This document shows, one piece after another, positions 28,858-46,203 of a stretch of 64,000 nucleotides of DNA. The stretch lies in NCBI RefSeq assembly GCF_009914755.1, contig NC_060938.1; one strand, written 5' to 3'. Position 1 is the first letter of the stretch. The number at the start of each line of letters is the position of its first letter. The notes under the pieces were generated by a model that was not told the DNA's origin, made no database searches, and saw only the letters and a list, made by a program, of their open reading frames with translations. A program made the position numbers and the translations under genes. Source of the stretch: the human T2T-CHM13v2.0 reference genome, Homo sapiens.

Positions 28858-29440
28858 CAGACCAAGAGTTTTAAATTGAGGTCCATGATTGGGTTTCAGT
28901 AAGTGTATGGAATGTCTAAAATTATATAAAATTTTATGTGTATGTACTTAGAATTATTCTGGGAAGAAAGTCCATAGTCTGCACAAATTTCTCAGTGAGT
29001 TTCATAACCCTTAAAAGGTTAAAAGTGGTTGTAACTAGACTTTATCAAAAGGGGTGTTCAAAAGTCACTCCAGTTCAGGATTGTGGAAAGATAACTGTCT
29101 TCTCAAATAGGCATCTTAGAGGAAGGGCTGTTTGGGTTCCTTTTAAGAACTGTAATCTTGAGATGTGGAGTGAATTTGGGATTTGAAAATCCCAAAATAG
29201 AGTTTTGGAACTCTCAGCTCTTAGTGATATATTCTGTTTTGAAATGAGGGATACCTTTCGGGGAATTTGAAAATACTTTTTTCTAATTCAACTTTTAATC
29301 AGATAAATGATTATTTTTGAAAAATGAAATAGAAAGTAATAGGAAAGGGGGAAAAGTTGTTATGTCTCTTCGTGGAATAAATAGCTAAAGAAATTAATTT
29401 CTAAATTTTAAATTTCATCCCTGGTTAAAATAGTTCCTCT

Positions 29441-29752
29441 TTTTTGTTGTTGTTGTTGTTGTTGTTTTTTGTTTTGAGATGGAGTCTCACTGTTACCTAG
29501 GCTGGAGTGCAGTGGTGCAATCTCGGCTCACTGCAACCTCCGCCTCCCCAGTTCAAGCAGTTCTCTGCTTCAGCCTCTCAAGTAGCTGGGGCTACAGGCA
29601 CTCGCCACCATGCCCAGCTGATTTTTGTATTTTTAGTAGAGACATGGTTTCACCATCTTGGCCAGGCTGGTCTTGAACTCCTGACCTCGTGATCCACCCG
29701 CCTCGGCCTCCCAAAGTGTTGGGATTACAGGTGTGAGCCACTGCACTTGGCC
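29441..29752 (-). mobile_element. AluS with (TTG)n tail
   Basis: Full Alu; TSD aaaatagttc / aaaagagttc. Confidence 0.93.
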
Positions 29753-30109
29753 AAAAGAGTTCTTTTAGAGAAAACAAAAGTCTTTGATATAAGCAATATG
29801 ATCATACAAATGGATATTGTGCTTTTTTAAAACAAACAAAACACACAGGTTTAAGGAGAGAAGGTATGGATATACTACTTCTGTCTTCCCTATCTTCTGC
29901 CATATTCTAAGCTTTGCATATGTTCTCCTGAGGAACAGGATAGTTATAACTTAAACTTGCATTTATATATTTCTGATTAAGTTGTTAACTATGGTTCTAG
30001 ATAGAAGAATAAAGAAGTAAAATTAGATTTCTTAATTTGATATATTTAAGTCCCTTATTTTGATCTAATATATTTGATAAAATAGTAATCTTTTAATAGT
30101 AGCCCTGTT

Positions 30110-30245
30110 ATACATAATAATAATACCTATCAGATAGGGTTGTGGTGAGGATTAGACCATATAGTAAATGTAACATGTCTAGTGCTGTGCCCTGAACTTA
30201 ACACGTGCTTATTAAATATTAACTATTGCTATTACCATTATCATC
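30110..30245 (+). mobile_element. MIR remnant
   Basis: ataataatacctatcagatagggttgtggtgaggattaga core. Confidence 0.7.
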
Positions 30246-31560
30246 ATCATTAATAAACATCTATATTTTATATCCCCATGACTTAATGTACAGTATAAAG
30301 CATAAATAGTAAAATTACCCAAAGACAAAGAGGAATGGGAAGGTCCAGTTGATTAGCTTCTTGTTTAGAGAAGCAGATTATTCCGGGGGTTAGGAAATAG
30401 TTTCCTGTAAGGCATGTTTAGCTTTCATTCATGGATTGATGGCAATATAAATCGCTCTTTTGATGTGAGAAAAATATAATGATGGCATTACATCAATTAT
30501 AAATTTCATGAGGGTAGGGACTGTGTTCGGTTTACCTTGTGTCCTTAGCTCCCATTTTAATGTCTGACCCATGGAAGGCATTTCATTAAATATTTGTTGT
30601 CATCTGTCTATGTTTTCTTCTTTGTCTTTCTTTAGCTTCCAAAAAGAGTTGTTTTTATATTCATAATTTCTTATTTCATCAGTAATGTGACTCCCCTAGA
30701 AGTATTGGTTAAAATACAGATCTTTCTTGGAAGGAGACTGTTTTGTTTGAAGCAAATGACTTGGGAGATGACTTAAGAACATTCAGGCTTTAGGTGTTTT
30801 TGTAGAAAGACTAATATTTGGTCCTAAAAAACAAAAAAAACTTATCTTCATCTGTCAGAAAATTCCTAATGTTTAGCACTTAAGTTGCTTTGTGTTCTGA
30901 TGTATATATTATAATGGAAAAATCTGCAGCCTAAAAGGTAGTGTTTTCAATTAGATATTTAAGAAACACTTTCTACTCTCCTACTTTAGAGGAAAACTTT
31001 ACATAGCCCATTTATCTTCATGTCTTCTTGAGTCAGCAAAACATTTACAACTATAGGAAAGAAGATGTTTTTCAGAAATGAATGCTGATCAAAAAGAAGT
31101 ATAGCTACTGTGGCAAAATTAGGTAAATAGTTCTATTTGTTAAGGAAAAAATCTGTCTTGTGGAGTTGTATATAAAGTACGAAATTGAATATATAGTTAT
31201 ATGTTAGTGTTCCTATTGCATACTAGAGTCTGGATATACATAGGCTCAGAGTAATTTGTTATGGTCCACAGGAATATATATTTTAAGATGGACTCTCCTA
31301 AGAGTGAGAGGTGATCCTACAGCCAGTGGCTTGCTTGGTTGTAGGATCAGATGTGATTAAGTTCAGAGAGGAGACATTTTGAACTTCTCTGGTTGTAGAA
31401 ATGCTGCCTCCCTATTTCCTACAAATATACAGTGAACTCTGGATGTCTTCTGGGACAGAGTAGAAATACTTGCAACAGGAATTGGGGTCTGGAGATATAT
31501 GCAACCCAGCAGCACTGTTATAAATATTTTGGTTTTGGTAGCAAATTTGCTTACAGTATA

Positions 31561-34318
<2,758 letters not shown>

Positions 34319-36059
34319 TACGTAGTTGGTGCCTGTAGTTTTGTATCCATTGAAATATACTGTCACTCATTGGGTCTGCAATTGGGTGTAATAATAATAT
34401 CATTTTATTGTTAATGGGCTTTGAGTCTTCCTCTTTCTTCTGTGATAGTTTGCCATTGTCAAGTTAAATTTTTATGAGCTTTTTCAGAGCAGAAATTAAA
34501 CATTAAATGGTTTATTAACCAAAATAAGGCAACTGCCTTTAGACTTTAATGTAGTACCCATTTTTTCCTACAGCTTATCGTCTTCCCAGTTTAAAAGGCT
34601 TAAGCAGAAGAGTAACAGTATAGTTAAAAGTTTTTAAGTTACAAAGTTGGAACTTGCCTTTTTTTGATTATATGATCCCAAGAGTCACAAGAGAGTAGGC
34701 AGAAAGATTACTGCTTTATCAATAGGTGAAAGTTCAGGTTTATCTGAATTTAGAATATTAAATTGTACTTTAACCATACCACATGTTTTTATAACATATA
34801 AATCATAACTGACTTCATACTATTCTGTTATTTTATGAGGTGATCTGATGTGGCTGCAAAGTTGTTAAAGTTAACCTTGAAGAAACCTCCTATGGCTTAG
34901 TGTTTATTTGCAAAATCAATCACATTTTTTCTTCTGCCTTATTAGACTGATGAAATCATTTTCTAGCATATGGAAACATTCCTGGACCTCCTGTTATTTT
35001 GCGTAAATAACCCCATGTGACTCACAAATGTTGAAAAAGCAGTAGATATTTCCAAATGCTATTAGAACCATCAAACTAATACAAAAAATTCTTCGGTGGG
35101 ACAAATGAAGACCAGAATGAAGTCTAAGTCACTGTTTCCAGTGAAGATTAGTCACTTTTTCCACTCTAATTCCAGAATTTCTTTAATTTTTCTTGCTTAT
35201 GTTAGCAACAGTATTGTCACAAAAGATTCAACAGTCATCTCCTCAGGTAACCAATTGTTACACAAACCATATGTAGAAAATGCTCACTGGCTTCATTTAT
35301 AGAAAAAAAAAAAGATAACTGGAAGTTAGAAACAGTTGTCCAAACTTTTGAACTATAATAAGCTATTTTGAAGTGTCATTGTCAATACAAAGTACATACC
35401 AGTGTGAGATTTTAAGCAGTAATAAAATCTATGTGTGGAAGAGTAAATGAAGCGTTTCTGCAATATTAATGAACGGACAGATATATGGGAAGAAGTGATA
35501 TTAAACCTTGCCATACACTCTGACAATGTACATGAACAGAGCCAGTTTGCTTGTAAAGATTAGTAACATATCATTGCAATAGATGTGCATCCTGTGGTCT
35601 AAACTTATTCCTAAATGACATCTTGAAGTTTGGCCTGTCCAAAAACATCTTTTGAGGAAGGACAGATGCTATAGCTGCTTTCTTCAAGGAAAAAAAAAAA
35701 AGTAAGTGACATCACACCTTGTTTTAAACTTAATGAAGTGAAGTAAGGATGTCCTCTGAAAAACTGGCCGGAAGTAGGAGTAGTAGGAGGGGGAGGAAAA
35801 GGAGAAGGAAGAGGGAAAGAAGCTCTTTAAGAAATAGAACTAGTTGAAAATATTAGTATCTAATATTGTCAGGAACATGACATATAAGAGATTATTGGCA
35901 GAGTGCAACTTCAGAACTCTTAGAGGATTCTAAAAGCAAAGGAAAAAAGTTTTTTAGTTTAGTTTAGTTTAGTTTTTTTGTTTTTTTTTTAATAAATGCT
36001 TACTACTTCTGAATCAGACATTCTTTGGCATCTTAAACTGAATGCCTGTAATTACATTA

Positions 36060-38200
36060 GCTGTTTTGTGAGACTTACATATATTCTAGTCCTGTCTAGT
36101 ACAGAACACTATGCTAAGCATTGCAGAAAGAGCAAAATGGATATTACTTCTGTCCTCAGAGAACTTATCTAGGAAGAGGTAGAATATAAATATTCAAACA
36201 TCTATAGAAAAAGCAGAATCAACCATCTAAGAGGACTGTGTAGACAAGACAGATCTAATCCTTTTATTAACATAAGTGCTTCATGAAGGAAGTAGATGTG
36301 AACTGGACATTATGGTGTGTGTTGAATTTGGACAGATTAAGATGGGATTGGGGTAGGAGTTAGGCTTTTGACAAAGAAAACAGCATGGGCAAAGATGGAG
36401 CAGAGGTGGAGATGTAGGGGATATTTGGGAACAGGAAGCCTGATTTAGGGTGAAGTATAACTTTTATAGAGGAGAATGGTGGGAGATAAAATGGCAAGTA
36501 AAGCTTAGAGCCAGGTCATGGAGGGTTTTAAAAATGAGAATGAAGATTTGAACTTTATTCTCTAGCAGTGGGGAGTCCATGAAGACTTTTTAGCAAGGGC
36601 TTGGTAGGAGCTAGTAGCTGTGCTTTAGAATGATTAATGGGAAGGATATAGTGGAGTCGGGAGAGGTTAGAATCAAGAATTAAAATTAAGGGGCCATTGC
36701 AGAGGCCCAGGTGAGAGAGAATAAGGCCTAACATAAGGTGTGGCAGTGGAGACGGAAAAGAAAAGTGAAGCATCTGGTAGACAGAATCGGTAGAACTGAG
36801 CCATGATTGTATGTGGGAAGTGAGGGATAAGAGAATTGGAACAATATTTGCATCTGAGTAACTAGGGCACTGGTTGTACCATTAACAGAAAGAAGAAAAT
36901 TAGGAAGAGGAGCTGATTTGGGAAATTAAGAAGATGTATTAAGTGTTTGAGATGAATGTGTAGGGGCATATGAGAATTGCAAAGAAGAGAAAGGGACAGG
37001 AAGAAAAGACTGAAAAGAAATGTGTGCTTTGAGAAATACACACATTTTTGAGTTTGAATAGAAGAAAAGAAGGTGGCAGAAGTGGTCAAATCAGGGAGAA
37101 AGAAATCAGGACAGCATATTATTAGGAAGTCTCTCTTGAGGTGTGTGATCTTGTTTTACTCCAACTACTGTGGTTTTCATTGTCCTTGCAGACTCTTCTG
37201 TACTCCATGGTTATAGTAACGCTCTAACTCAAATTAATTCCATTGTTCTTTCTATTGAATCATCACAGAAGCTGTTAGGACTGATAATCCACAGAATGAT
37301 ATGAGGGATCAGAGGCTTACATTCTCAATGCCAAGATTATATATACTATTCCTGACCTTACCAGGTAGTTAAGATTCTTTGTGCTTAATTCCGCACTCAG
37401 GACAGACTTGGTGAGTCTGTTGCTTATTTTCCTGTATCTTATTAGTGAGGGAAATAATATTAGCCATTTTGTAGGTTTGGATGCTGACTCTCGTGTTTGC
37501 TTTCTAAATCAGCACCTGATCTGGAAACCAAGAGATGAAAGAATTTCAGTGAGAGGCTAGTCAGTAGCATCATATGGTCCACTCTCCAGAGGAGAAGACA
37601 GATGAAGGTTAAGAAAAGACTCCACTAGGTTTGGTGGTTTTGAGGTCACTGATGGCCTTTAAGAAGATAGTTTTAATACTATGATGTGGGTGAACTAATC
37701 CAAGAAGTTAAAGAATAGGTACATTTTAAAGAATAAACTTTCCAACACAGACTACTCTTTCAAGGATTTAGGAGATGAATGGGAGGATAGAGATGAAATG
37801 TTAGCTATAGGATCACTAGGGTCAAGGGAAGACTTTTTTCTTTTCTCTTTAAATTGAAAAAAGTAAGCATATTTGTAGGCAGAGGTAAAGGAGTATTTGG
37901 AGAAGAAGAGAAAGAAAGTACTGGGGAGTAGGGGGTTAACTGTTGGCTGATAGATCTTGGAGGAATCTGGAACAAATGATATCAAGTATATAGGTTGAGT
38001 TATTGACCTTGGGAAGGAATGTTTAGAGATCAGAGGAGTAAGAGGACAGGAGATGGGTGGAGGTATAGGGAGAGGACAGATGCTGAGGGAGGATATATCA
38101 GACCTCAGGCATCTCATTAAAAAAGATAAGGCCATTGGCCAAGAATGAGGAAAAAAGAGATAGGAGAAAAGGTGTAAAATAGTTGCAGTGGGAAATAATT
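36060..38200 (-). mobile_element. Fragmented L2 LINE
   Basis: Purine-rich L2 motifs (gaactttattctctagcagtggggagtccatgaagactttttagcaag; ttttgaggtcactgatggcc; gggtcaagggaag); boundaries approximate. Confidence 0.6.
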
Positions 38201-39304
38201 AAAATGAGGTAAACTCAGCTGAGGACAGATAGTTGATTTTATTTCTTGCCTTTTTCTAGTAAAATTCAGTTTTACTAGAATTTGTTTTTGCTTAAGAAAG
38301 TTCCATGAAAGGCTGCATTCAGAAATATGAAGAATTTTATTGTCAGCTAATTCATGCTGATGTACATATCTTAGATCCAGAAATATAAATGATGATAGTA
38401 CTATTACTACTTAGGGCTGGATCACAAAAAGCCAATATGCACTTAGGATTTGAAGGTACTTTCAAATGTTATAAGGAAACAGTTTCATCAGGGAGTAGTT
38501 GTAGGAATGTAGTTTGGAATTTTGTCAAGCATATCTTTTCTGTCAATCAAAGGCATGGTTTTGTATGACACAGTGTCTAACTCTTGCTTCTGATTTCTTC
38601 TGTTTATATGAAAGATATTTCTCTAGGTTTGGAAGTATACCAAATTACATGCCTAATGTGTAAAAGATGTTTGACTTAATTCAAGAAGACCTTAATTTTC
38701 AGAATTGGTGATGATAAAAATGAAATACTACATATATCAATTGCTGATAGTTCAGAAAAATAAAACATATTAGATTCTATGTAGCTAAAATTAATTGTAT
38801 TTAATGAACTTGACAAACACTATAGAACAAAGCAGAATTTACCAGCTTAGAGGACTGTGTAGACAAGACAGATCCAATCCTTTTGTTAACATGAATGTGT
38901 CATTAAGAAGGAACATGTGAACTGGACGTTGGAGTACATGTAGAATTTGGACAGATGAAGATGGGATTGGGGTAGGAGTTTGGCTTTTAGCAATGAAAAT
39001 AGTGTGGGCAAAGATGGAACAGAGGTGGAGATGTAGGAGATATTTGGGAACATTCTTTCCCTAGTTCCTTTCCTGAAAGTAAGGACTTTAGGTAGCTTTT
39101 TGACACTGTGGTGGATACTCAGTTCAGGTAACATCTTTTTTTGTTTTACTTTAACTTGGTTGTCTGTTTTTTAGTTTTCACTTGTTATACTTAAACTGGG
39201 AAGAAAATTTAAAAAAACAGAGACACCAGATTCTTTAAATTTTAAGAGTCAGTATTCCCTTTCAGTTTAACTGAATGTTAAATGTTTTAAAATGTTAAGT
39301 ATCT

Positions 39305-39604
39305 GGCCGGGTGTGGTGGCTCACGCCTGTAATCCCAGTAGTTTGGGAGGCTGAGGTGGGTGAATCACTTGAGGTCAGGAGTTTGAGGCCAGCCTGGCCA
39401 ACATCCCTACTAAAAATACAAAAATTAGCCAAGTATGGTGGCGGCCACCTGTAATCCCAGCTTCTTGAGTGGCTCAGGCAGGAGAATCGCTTGAACCTGG
39501 GAGGTAGAGATTGCAGTGAGCCAGATCATGCCAATGTACCCCAGCCTGGGCGACAGAGCGACTCCGTCTAAAATGAAATGAAATGAAATAAAATAAAATA
39601 AAAT
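39305..39604 (+). mobile_element. AluS with small deletion and (AAATG)/(AAAAT)n tail
   Basis: TSD aaaatgttaagtatct / aaaatgttatgtgtct. Confidence 0.93.
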
Positions 39605-39807
39605 AAAATGTTATGTGTCTACTATCTATAAGATGATGATGAGCAAGATAAAATTCCTTTTCTCGAAAAGTATGTAATCTGTTAAGAGACATTTCACGTA
39701 GGAAATTTGAATTATTTCAGTAAACTATACTTTAAAGGGCAATCAATATATTAAACAATATAATCAAACCAAGTCATGCATAATATCTTATATTCCTATT
39801 GTAACTA

Positions 39808-40008
39808 AGAGTTGCACTGTCCAATATGTTAACCACTAACTGTATGTGGCTATTAAAATGAATGAAAAATAAAATTGAAAATTTAGTTTCACTAGTTACA
39901 TTTCAAGCATTCAGTAGCTACATGTGATTAGTGGCTAGTGTAGTGGACAGCATAGATAGTGAGCATTTCCATTATTGTAGAAACTTCTGTTGGGTAGTGC
40001 AGCTCTAG
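39808..40008. mobile_element. MER3 hAT-Charlie MITE
   Basis: gcactgtccaata...tgtggctatt...tagctacatgtgattagtggcta...ggacagc...ttccattattgtagaaacttctgttgg. Confidence 0.8.
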
Positions 40009-42243
40009 AGCTATAGAACATATTTTAATTGTTTTGGACAGGCTTGTCCTTCATCTCTTCAACAAACCTTCATTAAATGCCTACCATATGCCAGGTGTTG
40101 TGATAGAGTGAGATGATAAAGTCCTAGTTCCTCCTTACACAAACCTTTCAATCTTGTGGGACATCAAGTCAGTGAATGGGTGAATAAGATAGAATGTGAT
40201 AAGCATCACTATAAGAGGAGAGATACAAGAGGATGTGAAAATACACAAGGAAAAGTACAGAAGCAACACTTAAGGTTTCCTTTTGTAGAAAGGTGAGTAG
40301 GTGTTGGCATGGTTAAGTTGGAGATAAAGCAGAATCCAACTGCAGGAAATGCTTGGATGTGAAAGAACATGGCACATTTGAGGGACTGAAAGTTGTTGAC
40401 TGTATCTGGAGCCCAGATAATTTCTAAGGTCTCTTAATTCACAGTCATTATTAGGATACATCTAAACTATTTAAAAAACACTCCTTCCTTTTTCAAAACC
40501 AAAGGGACAAAGATCCCCATGCACCTTCCATCTATTTGGGGAGCTTCTTATTTTTATATCTGTGGATCCTACAGTCAAAGGAAGGCAAGAGAAAGTGAAA
40601 AGAAAATAAATTTGAAAAAGAAGGACCAAAGAAATGAAGATGGCCAGAGGAAGTTTTAGAGAAATAAAACAGGTAACATTTGATGGAGAATGATAGTACC
40701 ATTTATAACACTCGGATCGCTGTCTCCAGTCAGAAGTGAACACCAACCATTCCAAAAGCTAGTGCCCCCAAATAGTTTACTTGGTATGTGAAATATAATA
40801 TGTGAGAATATTTTTTGATATGGGATTTAAAAATTGAATTTCTGCCCTGGTTCATTTCAGCAGAAATCATAGTAGAATTTGCTTTACTGTAATTTTCGTA
40901 AATGTATACCTTTGTAGTGTATGCAATATGGAAGAAATTTACATTCTATTATTTTGTTTTTATAGAATACAAAATAGTCACAGTCAGGTTAAAACTTACA
41001 TGAGAAGTCAGAGAGAGAGTAGGATCAGGAAACAAAAGAATTGTACGTTCATTCAGTCCTCACCAATTACAGAGAATATTATATGTATTATACAAAATAC
41101 ATTGCACATAATAAATCTCTCACATTTTGTAAATATTTAGCTGTTGTTGATTTATTTCTGGGCTAATGGCAGCCGTCACGTCTCTGGTCTGTGTTGGGAA
41201 TGTCTGTTTATATGTCTGTGTCACATCATCTGCTCTAGCATGGAGGCTTCATGGAAGACAGGAACCATGTCTGTTTATTTTGTGTGATAGTAACATGGAG
41301 CTCTATATATGAAGCTTTATTTTTATTTGATGATGATGATGGTGATGATTTTCTGTATGAATTTCTTTCCTGGCTTCAGATTGATTGAATCTTCTGATCA
41401 CTATTAATCCAGTGGAACTCAGAAGTGGAGTTTACTTTTGAGTGCTTAGCCTGGCTAGGCAGCAGGCTTTTGCAAACACGGCTATATGAGATCTTATGCC
41501 ACCACAAAGAGGCACTCTCTTGAAAAAAGATGAAAAATACAGAGAAGCCACCCACATTGGTTTTCATCAAGGAAAAGTTTGGTGTCTAGTCTTACCACCA
41601 AGTGCTTGTCAAATAAACTTGGTTTGAAGTCAAGACTGAATACAGTAAACAAAAAACTCAGATAAAAGCTATAGTAAAAAACAATATTTCTCTTTATTTT
41701 CATTCCTTTTCTTATTTGGGACAACCTTTTGAATAGTGTGGGATGATTGAATGTAAAGTTGATGAGGTGAAACTGTAGCCAAGTGAATAAGGTCTCAGTG
41801 CTTTTTAAGGATGCCCTAGCTCTAAACAAATTTTACTATTGTATCCTACCTGTAAAATATTTGTCTTTGTAAACTTGCATCACTCTAAATTATAAAACTG
41901 GGCATCCAAAGTCATTCATATGGACACAACTATTAAGTTTAGTTTTATTTGTTAGAATGTTCAAGATACTACTGATAAGGAAGCTTTTAAATATTTCCTT
42001 GAAAACCTTTCTTTCCTCTTTCACCTTGCCTCTACTGCCCTTTCTCTAGATCGATCATGAATTTTTCTATTATATTTCAAAGAATCTTTAGGGTTTACTT
42101 GCCACATCTTCTATTGGAGTCCATTTTTCACATCACATTTTTTTGTATTAACCCATTATAAATGATACTACTTCTTGTATTATTTGATTTCTATGTTCAT
42201 TTTTATGTTTTATTCTATAACCTATTGAGGTTTATACATATAA

Positions 42244-42633
<390 letters not shown>

Positions 42634-42884
42634 AATACTTTCTTTTGAAATTTATGTTAGCCTTGAAAAATAATGGTAAGCCGGGTATAAATATGCTGAT
42701 CTAAAAGTGTTATTAGTTGACATAGTTAAAGTTGATAAAACAGTCAAAATTTACCATGCTGTCTTCTTTCTAGCATATCTATATTTTGACAATGAAAATG
42801 GTTCTTTACTAATTATATATTTGCTTATTCCTGCCAATAATAAGACATTCTTTGTAAAAGCACTTTAAAACTTCATAGAAATAT

Positions 42885-43183
<299 letters not shown>

Positions 43184-43747
43184 AAGTGTGTGTGTATGTT
43201 TGTGTGTGTGTGTATAATAGAAATATGCAAACATAACGTTCTATGTTAAGTGTATAAATATACTACTTGACAGAAATAATACTGTTTCTGTTGAGCAGAT
43301 GCAGAATCAAGTTCAGAGAAGTTGAATTGCTTGTTCAAAGTCATGTAATAGTAGGAGCTGAGCCTCAACTTTATAAATGGTTTGACACTACTTTACTTGA
43401 TCTTTCTATAACATCATTTCATCTCTTCCTTTAAAAATTCAGAATCGTTATGATTGTTTCCTTTGTCACCTTTATTTTCTTAGTCATCAAGAAGACTCTT
43501 GTTGTTTTCAGCTCAGCACTTCAGGAGAGCCTATAGTTTTTATCTTTCACTTTAGAAAAATAGATTTTTGTTCTAGGACCCTGTCCCAAGATTTTAGGAA
43601 TTTGATAGCATCAACATGAGTTTAGATATAGCAGTTTACCCACAGTGTATCTAGGATAAAATAAATTTAAGATAAATATATTTGCAAGAACACTGGATAG
43701 AACTTAGATATATTAATTAACAATTTGCCACACTCAGAGGAACTGCC

Positions 43748-44055
<308 letters not shown>

Positions 44056-44069
44056 ACAGAATTTCCTAA

Positions 44070-44392
<323 letters not shown>

Positions 44393-45099
44393 GAATTTCC
44401 TTTTTTCGATACAGTTTTGATGAAGAAATTTTCTGAGGGCTATACTTGCTAAAGCTTGAAACAGAAGAACAAAATTGGTCACTAAGAAAGTAGGAGAGGT
44501 TTTCATTCATATCCACTGTGTATCTGTGTCTCAGACAAAGATATGCTGGCTATCAGAATGCTGACATTGCTTACTTTCCTATTTTTCAAAGACTGAACAC
44601 CATACACATAGCTTGAGGAAGGATATTATTCTTGTATACATTTTGACATAAAGATGTTTAGTCCTTGGCTGGATATTTCAGTTCTCTGAAAATGTGTAGC
44701 TATCCTGTGAGAAGCAAACATCTTGGAAACAGTATAGTATAGTTGAAGGAAACGGTCCTACCGTTTCCTTGCTTAGACAAATCATTTCATCTCTTCTTTT
44801 CTCAGTATTTTTTTTTCTGGAAATCTACTCTTTTTCTAGAAATATGTATACAACATTTAAATTTGCATGTGTCTGTCAACATCAGTGTGTAAACATATTA
44901 TGTTCACTATGAAAACATTTAGGAAATTCAGATAGGCAAAAAGGAAAAGAGATCGCTGACTACAGCAGAAAACTATAACATTCTGATAAAGTTAGATAAA
45001 AGCCTTTTGGGCTTTTATAGTACATGTATATGCACACATACACATAGACTCACACACATACATGTACCTACAAATAACATCTTAAAATGAGTTCATATT

Positions 45100-45990
45100 G
45101 TTAAAAAGTGAGTTTATATAGCTAAGGAAGCACATCTGAGGACAAGAACACCTCTATTGCAAAACTAACAGATGATATAGAACTAGTATGGAATACAATA
45201 GAGGTGACTAAAAATTTAATGGTTTGGAGTGAAAGCGTGGAATAATCACGGTAAACACAGGAGTAAGACACAAAGATGAAAGCAATTTGGTTAACAATGA
45301 TCTGATATGAAGTTGAAAGGATTACTGGTGTCTTTGAGGAAGTGGACCCAACAAATCAAACTAAAAAAGTATTTGGAGAAGTGATATAGCAAAACTTCAC
45401 TGAAATGAGGAACTGAACCTGCAGATCAAAAGATACATTGAATCCTGAAAATTGGTAGAGAAGGTTCAACATCATGTCATATCCTGATTGTTGCCAAACA
45501 AGAGAAAGGTTTCTTCAGTCATGTAAGCAAAAGCAAAAGTTATCTATAAGGAAGAAAAGCAAAAGTTATCTACAAGGAAGAAGTTTAGACTGGCCTCAGA
45601 CTTCACAACAATGTGCAATACTACAGGAGCTATGTCAACACAGTTCTGATAAAAGAAATTACGGCCCAAGAACAGTGTACCCAGCCAAGTTGTTGTTGAG
45701 GTATAAAGGCCACAGGCGTATCCTCTCAAATGTGAAAGAACCCAGAGAATATAGTATCTGTGAGACCTTTCTGAAAAAGAACTAATTGTTGAAATTTAGC
45801 CAACCAAGAGAGGAATCAAACCAAAAAAGTGTTGTGATATTAAATACCTTCATATATATATGTAAGATTTAGATACTGTAGAAAGTGTGGCAGTACAACA
45901 GACTGTAAACACTCTACATCATGGCAAAGTAAAACAAATATATACAATAAAAATTGGAAGGTAGGTAGAAGGGAAATGGGAATGAGAGAT
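45100..45990 (+). mobile_element. Old L1 ORF1-like (HAL1/L1ME) remnant
   Basis: ORF 45474-45785 contains PRTVYPAKLLL, the L1 ORF1 C-terminal motif. Confidence 0.6.
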
Positions 45991-46203
45991 TATTAATCTT
46001 ATTCATAGCAACAATTCAATCAGAACTGTCTCAAATGTAAAGTAGTTTAAAAGTAATGTTAATCTATTCTTTGTGGTTTTGATCATTTTTCTTAAAGTTA
46101 GAGGGACTTTTTCACAATTAATGTTTCTTGAGTGAAGAAACATTTGTCTAAGATTTAAAATTTCTTCAGTTTCATTTCGGCTTCTGTTAATTGCAGGTAA
46201 AAT

